Positions 29,494 through 38,789 of a stretch of 64,000 nucleotides of DNA are shown here, one piece after another. Positions within the stretch are counted from its first letter, which is position 1. Each line of letters starts with the position of its first letter. The DNA comes from Nitrospira japonica (GTDB lineage: Bacteria; Nitrospirota; Thermodesulfovibrionia; Thermodesulfovibrionales; SM23-35), in assembly GCA_020725385.1 (NCBI GenBank), contig DYFC01000006.1, positions 3,737 through 67,736 of the forward strand, read 5' to 3'. The position numbers and the translations under genes are program-made. Under the pieces are notes generated by a model. That model saw only the letters and a program-made list of their open reading frames with translations. It made no database searches and was not told the DNA's origin.

Positions 29494-29536
29494 TAATGAA
29501 GTTTCAGGAGATGCTTCTATCTGTTAATTATAATCA

Positions 29537-30820
29537 CTAAGATTTATCCTGCTTTGTTTTAAGAGAAGCTGTCTTAACAGACTTTGATATATTTGTTTTC
29601 TTTAGTTTTTTATTTACAGATGAAGCTTTTGACTTTTTGTCATTTTTATTGAAATTTTGTTTCGCCTTCAAAGAAGTTCTTTTAGAAATAATTTTATCAT
29701 CGTAATCCATTTCAATTTTCCATTTTGGAGGAATATATATTATCTTACCTTCCTTAAGTGGCATTATATTTTCTAAGTCATTTAAATCAAAAATCACTTC
29801 TTCCGGAACACCTGTTTTCTTCGAAATCTTCTTAAAAGTATCACCTTTTTTTACAGTATATTTGTCGAGCACAAATTTCCTGTCTTCGGGTATCCGTGAA
29901 AAATTCTGCTGAAATGTTTCTTTTTTTCCTTTTGGTATTCTAAGAGTATATTCAGGCATATATGGTGGTGTGCACCATCTTCTCAATTCAGGATTCAATT
30001 CTTTAATTGTTTCAATGGTTGTTTCCGCAGCCTCTGCTATAATTTCAAGGTCAACAGGCGATTTAACAGTTACAAGGTCATAGTTGAGCGGATCATGATA
30101 TTCAAGATTCTCAAAACCGAATTTCTGTGGATCGGTTGCGATCATGCTTGCTGCAATGAATTTTGGAACATAATCTTTAGTCTCATTTCTAATATATCTT
30201 GTGCTGAGCAAAGACCAATAGTCATCTGCATTTGATTTATCAAGAGCCCTCTGTATTTTTCCCTCTCCTGCATTATATGCAGCCATTGCAAGATTCCATG
30301 AGCCAAACATTTTATAAAGATCTTTCAAATAATTTGCTGCCGCAATTGTAGATTTCACAGGATCTTTACGCTCATCTTTCCACCAGTTAATTTCAAGCCC
30401 ATAATTTCTGGCGGTTGAAGCTATAAATTGCCAGTATCCTACTGCCCTGGCAGGCGAATAAGCATTAGCGTTAAAACCACTTTCAATTAAAGGCAAAAAA
30501 ACTATATCTTCCGGAACATTGTTTTCTTTTAAGATACTTTTCATTAATTCAAGATATTTTCCTGACCTTGCAAGCCAGATAGAAAAACGTTCTTTGATTT
30601 TCCCTGTGAAATAATTAATGTGCCTTCGCACAGCATTTTCTGCTATTTCATTTGAGCTGTAGTTATCAATTATTTTGGGAACATTGTTTAACTTTTCTTC
30701 AGGCAATGAAGATATAACAGGACTATCCGGGGATATATCCCTTGATTGCTCTAATGCATAAAGTTGAGAAACAAATAAAAAAACGACGAAAAATAAACTA
30801 AATAATACCTTTTTATACAT
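29537..30820 (-). CDS. Lytic transglycosylase with LysM domain (MltD-like)
   Basis: Signal peptide; SLT catalytic region ESGFNANAYSPARAVGYWQF...AYNAGEG; LysM YTVKKGDTFKKISKKTG. Confidence 0.85.
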   Translation of the reverse strand: MYKKVLFSLFFVVFLFVSQLYALEQSRDISPDSPVISSLPEEKLNNVPKIIDNYSSNEIAENAVRRHINYFTGKIKERFSIWLARSGKYLELMKSILKENNVPEDIVFLPLIESGFNANAYSPARAVGYWQFIASTARNYGLEINWWKDERKDPVKSTIAAANYLKDLYKMFGSWNLAMAAYNAGEGKIQRALDKSNADDYWSLLSTRYIRNETKDYVPKFIAASMIATDPQKFGFENLEYHDPLNYDLVTVKSPVDLEIIAEAAETTIETIKELNPELRRWCTPPYMPEYTLRIPKGKKETFQQNFSRIPEDRKFVLDKYTVKKGDTFKKISKKTGVPEEVIFDLNDLENIMPLKEGKIIYIPPKWKIEMDYDDKIISKRTSLKAKQNFNKNDKKSKASSVNKKLKKTNISKSVKTASLKTKQDKS

Positions 30821-31010
30821 ACATTATATTTTTAGCTCAAAACAGACCTTTTTGTCAAGAAAAAACCATTTATTGCTAAAAGAGGCAAAGTCATTAAGAA
30901 TACATATGTTAAGCATATCTGTTGTAGAACATTTCAGCATTTGTTAAAATAATTCTCAAAGCTAATGAATTGTATAAATTTTTAATTTCATAATTATTAC
31001 CAAAATCATT

Positions 31011-32747
31011 ATGGGTACTTGCAATAAACAATCTTATGCCACAATTGGCGAAGTCCCGGATTTACGGAATATGCAAACCTTTTCAGCATTGGTTGACCTT
31101 CCACGTAATATTCTAATTGCAGAGGGTATTGAAGAAATCTCATTAATCATTCTTAATCATGCAAAAAAACTTACAGATAGTAAATTCGGGTTCACCGGGT
31201 ACATAGACCCTCTTACAAATTATCTTATAAGTCCAACTCTTACTGTTGAAATATGGGAGAATTGTAAGATAAAAGATAAGAATTATATTTTCAAGGAATT
31301 TAAAGGATTATGGGGATGGGTCCTTTTGAATAAACAACCTTTGCTTACCAACAACCCGTCCTCCGATCCACGTTCAACCGGGATTCCGGAAGGTCATATA
31401 ATAATTGAAAATTTTCTATCCGTTCCTGCATTGATAAAAGATGAACTCGTTGGTCAAATATCTCTTGCCAATTCAAGTAGAGATTATACCGAACAAGATA
31501 TTATTACCTTACAACAGCTTGCGTCTCTTTATGCAATTGCAATCAATAGAAAAAGGTCTGAAGAAAAACTTATGCAGAGTCTTGAAGCATTACAGGCCGT
31601 GTATAATATAGCAACAACACTTCGTGGTTCATATGAAATGCTCTGTGAACAGGTTGTTTTTACCCTTGCGAAATTTCTCAAAATTGCCTGTGTTTCCATA
31701 CAACATATTAAAGAAGATAAAGTTACAATAATCTCGAAAATATGTGATGGCATTCTTTTCCATAATGAAACAGAATTACTAAGCGAATCTCCTTGTTTCG
31801 AGGCTATTGCTGCAAAAAAACCATTGCAGATTATTATGAAGGAAAAGAGAAAGTTTCCATTGTACAAAAAATTCAAAAGCTGTATTCTTTCTCCTATTCT
31901 TATAGAAGGCGAAACAAAAGGTTATATATGCGCAATGGATTATTCGGAAAGAAAATTTAGTGAAGATGAACTAAGACTTCTCGAGATATTTTCAAAACAC
32001 GTTGCCTATGAATTAGAGCGTATTGAAATGGAAAACAAATTAAGATACCTTGACAAAATGAAGCTTCTTGGACAGCTTGCCGCAGGAGTTGCTCATGAGG
32101 TTAGAAATCCGCTGAATGCGATTCTTGCTATTGCTGAGGCACTATTTCAGGATATTAAAGATATAGGTGAAAATCCTGATTATTATAAACCTTTTTTAAA
32201 TCATATCAGAAGTCAGGTTGATCGTCTCTCAAATCTTATGTCCGACCTTCTTGATCTCGGCAAACCGATTAAACACGAAACTTTTCAGAAGGAATATTTA
32301 CCGGAAATATGTCTTGCAACAATTGATCTTTGGAAACAAACTCCTTTGTCGAAGGACTATAAAATAATCTTTATTCAGCCTGAGGAAAAAGAAAATCTTT
32401 ATTTAATGGCTGACAGCTCACGCTTACAACAGGTTTTTTTAAATGTGATCGAAAATGCATGTAATCATAGTCCCAGGGGAAGTGATATACAATTTATCAT
32501 TTTAAATCCAAAAGGAGGGTTTATTAAAATTCAAGTTATTGATCAGGGAACAGGTGTGCCTTCAGAAAACCTTCCAAAGGTTTTCGAACCTTTCTTCACT
32601 TCACGTAAAAAAGGAACCGGTCTTGGCTTAAGTCTGGTAAAACATATTGTACAATCACATGGAGGCGAGGTTACAATTTGGAACAATACACCTTCACCGG
32701 GATGCACGATTGAAATAACTTTACCTTTATTTAAAGGGGAAGAATAA
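31011..32747 (+). CDS. Cytoplasmic GAF-GAF sensor histidine kinase
   Basis: Two GAF-like regions; H-box GVAHEVRNPLNAI; HATPase (NVIENACNHS, DQGTGV, GTGLGL); no TM segment. Confidence 0.85.
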   Translation: MGTCNKQSYATIGEVPDLRNMQTFSALVDLPRNILIAEGIEEISLIILNHAKKLTDSKFGFTGYIDPLTNYLISPTLTVEIWENCKIKDKNYIFKEFKGLWGWVLLNKQPLLTNNPSSDPRSTGIPEGHIIIENFLSVPALIKDELVGQISLANSSRDYTEQDIITLQQLASLYAIAINRKRSEEKLMQSLEALQAVYNIATTLRGSYEMLCEQVVFTLAKFLKIACVSIQHIKEDKVTIISKICDGILFHNETELLSESPCFEAIAAKKPLQIIMKEKRKFPLYKKFKSCILSPILIEGETKGYICAMDYSERKFSEDELRLLEIFSKHVAYELERIEMENKLRYLDKMKLLGQLAAGVAHEVRNPLNAILAIAEALFQDIKDIGENPDYYKPFLNHIRSQVDRLSNLMSDLLDLGKPIKHETFQKEYLPEICLATIDLWKQTPLSKDYKIIFIQPEEKENLYLMADSSRLQQVFLNVIENACNHSPRGSDIQFIILNPKGGFIKIQVIDQGTGVPSENLPKVFEPFFTSRKKGTGLGLSLVKHIVQSHGGEVTIWNNTPSPGCTIEITLPLFKGEE

Positions 32748-34102
32748 TGAATCCAAGAATTCTTTTAATTGATGACGAAGATGCTACAAGGTTTGGTTTC
32801 TCCCGCTATCTTTCAAAAGCAGGTTATATAGTTCATGAAGCAGCAAATCTTTTCGAAGCACGGGAATCAATTAACTCCCAGAGATATGATGCTGTATTGC
32901 TCGATGTAAACCTTCCCGATGGAAGCGGCCTGGATTGGATTATAGATGTAAGACAAAGTTACCCCGACATACCAATAGTAGTTATTACAGGTTATGGAGA
33001 TATTCCTGTTGCCGTAGAAGCCATGAGACGCGGAGCGGATAATTTTCTTACAAAACCTGTAAACATGGCTGACCTCGAAGTCTTTTTAAGAAAAAGTCTT
33101 GAAATTGGTTCTTTAAGAAGAAGACATTTAATAGACAAGAGATTATCAAAAAAACCTCAAATATATTTTGGTGAAAGTCCGGGCATGAAAAAAGTCCTTG
33201 AACTTGCAAAACTTGCTGCACAGAATGATTCTCCGGTCGTTATATCAGGTGAAACCGGCTCCGGAAAAGGTGTACTTGCAAAATGGCTTCATGAAAACAG
33301 TCTGCGTAGTTCATCTTCATATGTTGAGGTTAATTGCTCTAATTTAAGGGGCGATTTGCTTGCAAGTGAATTATTCGGGCATGCAAAAGGTGCTTTTACT
33401 TCTGCAATTCAGGAAAAACAGGGACTGATTGAAGTTGCCGATGGGGGAACCCTTTTCCTTGATGAGATTGGAGATATGGATATAAGCGTCCAGGCACAGT
33501 TCCTTAAGGTTATAGAGGAAAAACAATATCGCCGTCTCGGAGAAGTAAAAACCAGGAGCAGTGATTTTAGACTAATTTGTGCGACAAACAGGGATCTTCT
33601 CGACGACATAAAAAAAGGCTCCTTTCGCAAGGATCTTTATTTCCGGATAAATGTTCTCCCCATCGAAATACCACCCTTGAGGGAAAGGCCTGAAGATATT
33701 CCCGGACTCGTTGAACACATAATCAGGAGTTTAAGTCCTCAACCCGTTGAGATAACGGCTGATGTTATGAAATTACTACAGGAATATTCATGGCCGGGCA
33801 ATATAAGAGAGCTAAAAAATGTTCTCGAGAGAGCTTTATTGCTTTCTCACGGGAAACAAATGACTACCGAACATTTTTACGACCTTGAACCCGCAACTCC
33901 TGAAATTCCAATGCGTTCCTCAAGTAAATATGCTGACATTGAAGAATCACATATAAGAGCAATTTTGAAAAGATTCCACGGAGATACAGCTAAAGCATCA
34001 AAAGCTCTTGGCATGTCAAGAGCAACACTTTATAGAAAACTCAAAAAATTTAGAATAACTCCTGAAGTTAATTTTGACCCCGCACCGGGAGAAGAGCAAT
34101 AA
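32747..34102 (+). CDS. Sigma-54-dependent response regulator
   Basis: Receiver, Walker A GETGSGKG, GAFTSA loop, C-terminal HTH (ASKALGMSRATLYRKLKK). ATGA-type overlap with the kinase gene. Confidence 0.9.
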   Translation: MNPRILLIDDEDATRFGFSRYLSKAGYIVHEAANLFEARESINSQRYDAVLLDVNLPDGSGLDWIIDVRQSYPDIPIVVITGYGDIPVAVEAMRRGADNFLTKPVNMADLEVFLRKSLEIGSLRRRHLIDKRLSKKPQIYFGESPGMKKVLELAKLAAQNDSPVVISGETGSGKGVLAKWLHENSLRSSSSYVEVNCSNLRGDLLASELFGHAKGAFTSAIQEKQGLIEVADGGTLFLDEIGDMDISVQAQFLKVIEEKQYRRLGEVKTRSSDFRLICATNRDLLDDIKKGSFRKDLYFRINVLPIEIPPLRERPEDIPGLVEHIIRSLSPQPVEITADVMKLLQEYSWPGNIRELKNVLERALLLSHGKQMTTEHFYDLEPATPEIPMRSSSKYADIEESHIRAILKRFHGDTAKASKALGMSRATLYRKLKKFRITPEVNFDPAPGEEQ

Positions 34103-34109
34103 TCTTTAA

Positions 34110-34156
34110 ATTCTCAAAATTCTCATCCTTGAGAATAAATTCTCAAAGATGAGAAT
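34110..34156. promoter_or_regulatory. Candidate enhancer (UAS): two 18-bp palindromes ATTCTCA-N4-TGAGAAT spaced 20 bp apart, plus an extra half-site
   Basis: ATTCTCATCCTTGAGAAT (34119-34136) and ATTCTCAAAGATGAGAAT (34139-34156), with a half-site ATTCTCA at 34110. They sit 70-95 bp upstream of the -24/-12 element. Confidence 0.55.
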
Positions 34157-34218
34157 TTTACAATACCCTTCATATTCATAACTCTTTGAATAATTTACAA
34201 AAACTATCTTTTTAAACA

Positions 34219-34234
34219 TGGCATTGCTTTTGCT
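34219..34234 (+). promoter_or_regulatory. Sigma-54 (-24/-12) promoter
   Basis: TGGCATtgcttTTGCT matches TGGCAC-N5-TTGCW with exact GG/GC spacing. It lies 58 nt upstream of the ATG at 34292. Confidence 0.7.
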
Positions 34235-34291
34235 CAAATCTTTTGTAATAAAAATTCATTTCCGTTATCTTGATGAGAAGGAGCATATTGA

Positions 34292-34663
34292 ATGCAAAAA
34301 CAGGTGCTTGTCGTTGATGATGAAGTAACTATACTTCTTGCTTTTAAAAAGATATTACAGAAACCGGGAATTAATGTTGATACAGCAGAAAGTATTGAAG
34401 ATGTAAAAGGGCTTCTTAATAAAAATTGTTATGATGCCGTTATTGCAGACCTGCGTCTTTCGGGCATTTCAGGCGAAGAAGGACTTGAAGTTATACGTTA
34501 TGCCAAAGAATGTAACCCTGACACAAAAGTAATTCTCATGACTGCCTACGGTAATCAGGATGTAATGAAGAAAGCTTATAGTCTTGGTGCGGCTTTTTAT
34601 TTTGAAAAGCCGGTATCTGCAAATGTTCTTAAAGATGCCTTAAAGAATTTGGGGGTAACGTGA
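34292..34663 (+). CDS. Stand-alone response-regulator receiver (CheY-like)
   Basis: VLVVDDE...IADLRLSG...MTAY...EKP. SD AAGGAG. Confidence 0.85.
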   Translation: MQKQVLVVDDEVTILLAFKKILQKPGINVDTAESIEDVKGLLNKNCYDAVIADLRLSGISGEEGLEVIRYAKECNPDTKVILMTAYGNQDVMKKAYSLGAAFYFEKPVSANVLKDALKNLGVT

Positions 34664-35109
34664 AAGAAATGATAAAAATCAGTGATAAGATCAGAAAAGT
34701 TTTAATAGTAGATGATTCAGAACTTCTTCACAGGATGTATGATCTCATATTTTTTCGCTGCAAAAATAAAGGGCTAAGAATACTTCATGCATATGATGGC
34801 AGGGAGGCACTATCGAAATTATCCGAACACTCTGATACAGACCTGATTATTCTCGATATACATATGCCGGTTATGGATGGTCTCCAGTTTTTAAGACATT
34901 GCAGTAAAGAAAAGATACATCAAAAAATACCTGTAATAATAACCGGAACTCAAGGTAAAGAAGAGGACACGATGGATGGGTTAAAAGCTGGAGCTAAGGG
35001 TTATCTTGTTAAACCTTTTGAAACAGAGAATTTTTATAAAGTAATAAACAAAGTTTTTTATGAGGAACCAGCAGCTTCTCAAAAAACATTGGAAGTTTCA
35101 AGAATGTAA
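34660..35109 (+). CDS. Stand-alone response-regulator receiver (CheY-like)
   Basis: VLIVDDS...LDIHMPVMDG...ITG...KPF. GTG start overlapping the previous stop. Confidence 0.85.
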   Translation: MKEMIKISDKIRKVLIVDDSELLHRMYDLIFFRCKNKGLRILHAYDGREALSKLSEHSDTDLIILDIHMPVMDGLQFLRHCSKEKIHQKIPVIITGTQGKEEDTMDGLKAGAKGYLVKPFETENFYKVINKVFYEEPAASQKTLEVSRM

Positions 35110-35137
35110 TAGTGATTTATTTAACGGGTATCTTTAA

Positions 35138-36994
35138 ATGAATATTATAAGAACAGAAGAATACAAATTACGCAAGCAGAATATATTCTGGATAAAAACA
35201 TCCTCTGCTCAACTTGTAGACGCTCTAAATCTTCTCAATCATAAGAACCCTCAAGTAGTAATAAAGACTATTCAGAAACTACGTGAAATTAGAGATTTAA
35301 GGGCACTCGAACCTTTAAGAATGCTCTTGAACCATCCTGATTTGGAAGTAGTTAGTGAAACTATCCTTGCAATTGGTTCACTGGGAGATGAAAGGGTAGT
35401 AAATGATTTAATACCTTTTCTTAATTCAGAACCTTTACTACAAACCTCTGCGATACAAGCTTTAGGTGAAATACGCTGTCAGACAGCAATTGGTTATCTT
35501 GAACAAATGCTTACTGATTCAATTGTAGGACCAATGGTTGCAGAAACAATGGCTTTTATTGGCGGCATAGCAGCATACAAAGCACTGGCCAAACATTGGT
35601 TGAATCATGGTGAACAAATTGACACGGAAAACTATCTTAGTTTACTTAAACATGTGCTGGAAGGTATAAATTCACAAGTACCTCATATAGAAGGGATTTG
35701 TGAATCCTTCTCAAGATACCTGAATGACCCGAATGATTCAATCCGGGCATTAGCTGCTTGCTGCCTAATTGCTTCAGGGCCATGTCCTGAAGACATGAAA
35801 GCATTAAGTATAATTTCGGAAACACTCGGAGATAATATTCAACTACCTGCATGTCTAAAAAACAGGAAAGATCTTGTTCCAAGGCTCCTTAATAGCAGTG
35901 AAAATTTGATTTTATGGGGTTTTCAACTTTCAGCTTTGTATCCAAAAAACGCATCTCCCATGGATATTCTTAATGCTTTAAAAAAATATTCGGATGAATC
36001 GGATAATATTAATTATATTGCAGATGTTTTACTCAAAGTTAAAGATCCAATTCTTGCACCTGCTATCCTTGATTTATATTGCAGGATTTCCTGGGACAAA
36101 AGAATAATTTTACACCCTCTATTAAAGATTTATAAAAAACAAATTCGTTTATTATTGATTGATTATGATATTGATGACGAAACAAGAATTGTAATTTCTG
36201 CACATATTGGAGTCTCCCCTGTATGCATTGCTCTTGAAATAATGGACCTGCCACTGGATAGCCGTATTCTTGTTTTGTCTCTTTTAAGTGATTGCAAAAG
36301 TATTATGAAATGTATGCCATGGTCTCAATGGCTTGAAAATAGCCCGGGATTTTACTTGAATGTGGCTGCTGATGTTACTTTGAAATCAGGGATTAAAGAA
36401 ATTTTTCCTGTATTAAGAAAGATATTCCCGTCTTACCCTGTTAAAAAATTGATAAAATCAGCTGGAACACTCAAAGATAAAGAAAGTGTCTCTATACTTA
36501 TAAAGCATCTCGAAACTGAATCAACAGAAACAAGGATGCTCATTCTTGAGAGTCTCGGATATATTGGCGGCAAAGAAGCAAGGCAGGGGCTGAAAAACTA
36601 TATAAAGAATTGCAAAAAAACCGGGGAATTACACAAAGCAATCAGATCACTGTCATTTTGTGCAACATCGGAAGATTGCAGCTTTTTCAGAGAACTTTCC
36701 TCTGATTCTGACTGGCACGTAAGATCAATCTGTGCTGAAGTGCTCAGTCGCTATCCAAGCCTTGAAAATTTTGAAACACTCATAAAATTATCCTCAGACC
36801 CTGAAAAAATTGTTTCACAGCGAACTTCTTTCTTCCTGAAATATCTTCCAATGGGGAATTTTTTAATTCGCCAACAGGAGCATAACAGTTCAGACAAAGA
36901 ATATCAAGATATCCAATTAGAGTCAAAAGATAAAATTGAGTCTTTTAAATATAATCATCAATTAAAGGAGCATCAAAATGTTACAGGAAATTAA
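35138..36994 (+). CDS. All-HEAT-repeat (PBS-lyase-type) protein, 618 aa
   Basis: Repeated A(I/L)xALGxIxDxRAhxxLxxLL units along the whole length. No enzymatic motif, signal peptide or TM segment. Confidence 0.7.
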   Translation: MNIIRTEEYKLRKQNIFWIKTSSAQLVDALNLLNHKNPQVVIKTIQKLREIRDLRALEPLRMLLNHPDLEVVSETILAIGSLGDERVVNDLIPFLNSEPLLQTSAIQALGEIRCQTAIGYLEQMLTDSIVGPMVAETMAFIGGIAAYKALAKHWLNHGEQIDTENYLSLLKHVLEGINSQVPHIEGICESFSRYLNDPNDSIRALAACCLIASGPCPEDMKALSIISETLGDNIQLPACLKNRKDLVPRLLNSSENLILWGFQLSALYPKNASPMDILNALKKYSDESDNINYIADVLLKVKDPILAPAILDLYCRISWDKRIILHPLLKIYKKQIRLLLIDYDIDDETRIVISAHIGVSPVCIALEIMDLPLDSRILVLSLLSDCKSIMKCMPWSQWLENSPGFYLNVAADVTLKSGIKEIFPVLRKIFPSYPVKKLIKSAGTLKDKESVSILIKHLETESTETRMLILESLGYIGGKEARQGLKNYIKNCKKTGELHKAIRSLSFCATSEDCSFFRELSSDSDWHVRSICAEVLSRYPSLENFETLIKLSSDPEKIVSQRTSFFLKYLPMGNFLIRQQEHNSSDKEYQDIQLESKDKIESFKYNHQLKEHQNVTGN

Positions 36995-37355
36995 AAAAGA
37001 AAACGAACATATTGATTTTGAACTTTACAGGTTTGTTTTTGAGACTGCTGTTGAAATTTTTGAAGAGATATTTGAAACATCAAAGAGATTCCCCCGGGAG
37101 AAGGTTTTCCTTATTGATCAGGTTCGCAGACATTCCAAACTTGTTTGTATTAATCTTGCTGAGGCATGGAGAGCAAAGAAAGACAAAAATATATTTATGG
37201 ATAAAATTTCTGAAGCAGCACAGGAAGCATCCAGAGTACAGAATTGTCTAAAATTTGCTGTTAGATGTAAATTTATAGGCAATGATGTCTTCAAAAAACT
37301 TGATTCAAAATATGAAGATATTTTCGAAATGCTCTGCGATGGAGTAAGAAGTTAA
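36978..37355 (+). CDS. Four-helix-bundle protein (23S rRNA intervening-sequence protein family)
   Basis: FxLY.F......I.......FPREKVFLIDQVRRHSKLVCINLAEAWRAKK...EAAQEASRVQNCL pattern. SD AAGGAG. Overlaps the HEAT gene by 17 nt. Confidence 0.75.
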   Translation: MLQEIKKENEHIDFELYRFVFETAVEIFEEIFETSKRFPREKVFLIDQVRRHSKLVCINLAEAWRAKKDKNIFMDKISEAAQEASRVQNCLKFAVRCKFIGNDVFKKLDSKYEDIFEMLCDGVRS

Positions 37356-37443
37356 TAAGGTTTTAACTTTGATCTTAGACTTAACCTCCTAACCAGAAAA
37401 TATAGTTTTAATTTTGTATCGTGAAATGACAACTTTTACAGGG

Positions 37444-38556
37444 TTAAGGAAATTTTTTCTGTGTATGGCAGGTAAAACATCCTCCTGTTTTGCTATTATC
37501 TCCTGCTATCATTTCATTATAATCCCATCTAAGCATGTCAGGATATGGACTTCCATGTGCTCTATGACATGAAAGACACATAACTCTATCAGTTCCTGGG
37601 GTTACTGTACTTGAAACAGTGCTTAGATTAGGCCGGGAAACTGGCGCTTGAGGATTATATACAGTATATGATGAATATTCACCTCTGTTGGGTATCTCTG
37701 TATCGCCTGCTGGGTGTCTAAGCCAGTTGCCATTTGAATCCCGGTTCCTATCAGGATTCAATGAATCCCAGCTATGATAATCCCTATGACAACCAGCACA
37801 AAAATCACTTATTCCCTGAGGATTTGTATGCCCCGGTGCATATGGAGCAAAAGGTTTATCAGTATCCCTATATTCATTATGGTCATTTGGGCTTACAGTT
37901 ATTTCCCAATCTGAATCTTCAATGCCCTGCACACATGGCCTGCTTGAATGAGGAGGAATATCAAATACCCAGGCAGGCCTGCCAAGGAAACGATAGCATC
38001 CATTTTCTTCCTTTACAATACCACCCGGTTCAGGGTCAGGAGCATGATGTCTCGGGACATGACAGCCTATGCAACCATTTCCGGTAATAGGATTGAAAAC
38101 CCAATAAGGACCTGGGCCAAGCCTTATACTTGCCAGAGATGCATGACAACCGGCGAAACCACAAGTGACTCCGGTTTCAGACGCACCTGGAGCATGATTA
38201 AGTTGTTTATCAACAGTTATTACATTATGTCCGTATTCATCTCCCTTGTACTGTACATAATAAAAATTTCCACCAGCAGTCATTGTTCCTGGTTCAACAG
38301 TGTTATAAACAATTGGAACAATAGAATCCCCAAGAACTTTGGTAGGCGAACCATCTGTTGAAGAATGACATGCTATACATTTAATATTCACAAGATGATA
38401 GCCGGGACCACCTACTTTAGGGGCTTCATTATAAAATTGAATTCCATTTTGTGAATTATGCATTGTATGACAATTAGAACAAACACCTTTAACCCGTGCA
38501 TATGCTATTTGTGAAGTTATAAATAAACATAATATTGTTAAAAATATCTTCTTCAT
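37444..38556 (-). CDS. Secreted multihaem c-type cytochrome (6 CXXCH + 1 CX4CH)
   Basis: Signal peptide. Haem motifs CSNCH, CIACH, CGFAGCH, CIGCH, CAGCH, CLSCH, CFTCH. Confidence 0.85.
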   Translation of the reverse strand: MKKIFLTILCLFITSQIAYARVKGVCSNCHTMHNSQNGIQFYNEAPKVGGPGYHLVNIKCIACHSSTDGSPTKVLGDSIVPIVYNTVEPGTMTAGGNFYYVQYKGDEYGHNVITVDKQLNHAPGASETGVTCGFAGCHASLASIRLGPGPYWVFNPITGNGCIGCHVPRHHAPDPEPGGIVKEENGCYRFLGRPAWVFDIPPHSSRPCVQGIEDSDWEITVSPNDHNEYRDTDKPFAPYAPGHTNPQGISDFCAGCHRDYHSWDSLNPDRNRDSNGNWLRHPAGDTEIPNRGEYSSYTVYNPQAPVSRPNLSTVSSTVTPGTDRVMCLSCHRAHGSPYPDMLRWDYNEMIAGDNSKTGGCFTCHTQKKFP

Positions 38557-38710
38557 TTTACCATGCCTCTTCTAATGAAGTTTGTTAAGCACTTATTAAT
38601 TACAATTTACGGCATTTTGAATTTATTAGCAAGAGCTAAATTTATTGCTAAAATTTAATTTCCACAGAAATAATATCCTTATTTCAAGAAATTTATTAGG
38701 TTAATATTAC

Positions 38711-38739
38711 TTGACATACCCCGCACAGCTATATATTAT
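38711..38739 (+). promoter_or_regulatory. Near-consensus sigma-70 promoter (TTGACA-N17-TATTAT)
   Basis: Read directly. It points into the decayed methyltransferase gene and onward to the P-type ATPase. Confidence 0.5.
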
Positions 38740-38789
38740 TTTCGATAATATAATAAATTTAAAAATCAATGTTATGCATAAAACAAATT

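Noticed and set aside
29305-29496. 63-aa ORF in the AT-rich spacer
   Set aside because: It has extreme I/F/N/L composition and no SD, and it spans the tandem repeat. It is a spacer artefact.
37734-38361. Two overlapping plus-strand ORFs (117 and 137 aa)
   Set aside because: They are antisense to the multihaem cytochrome gene, whose seven haem motifs fix the true frame. They are long only because local GC is higher.
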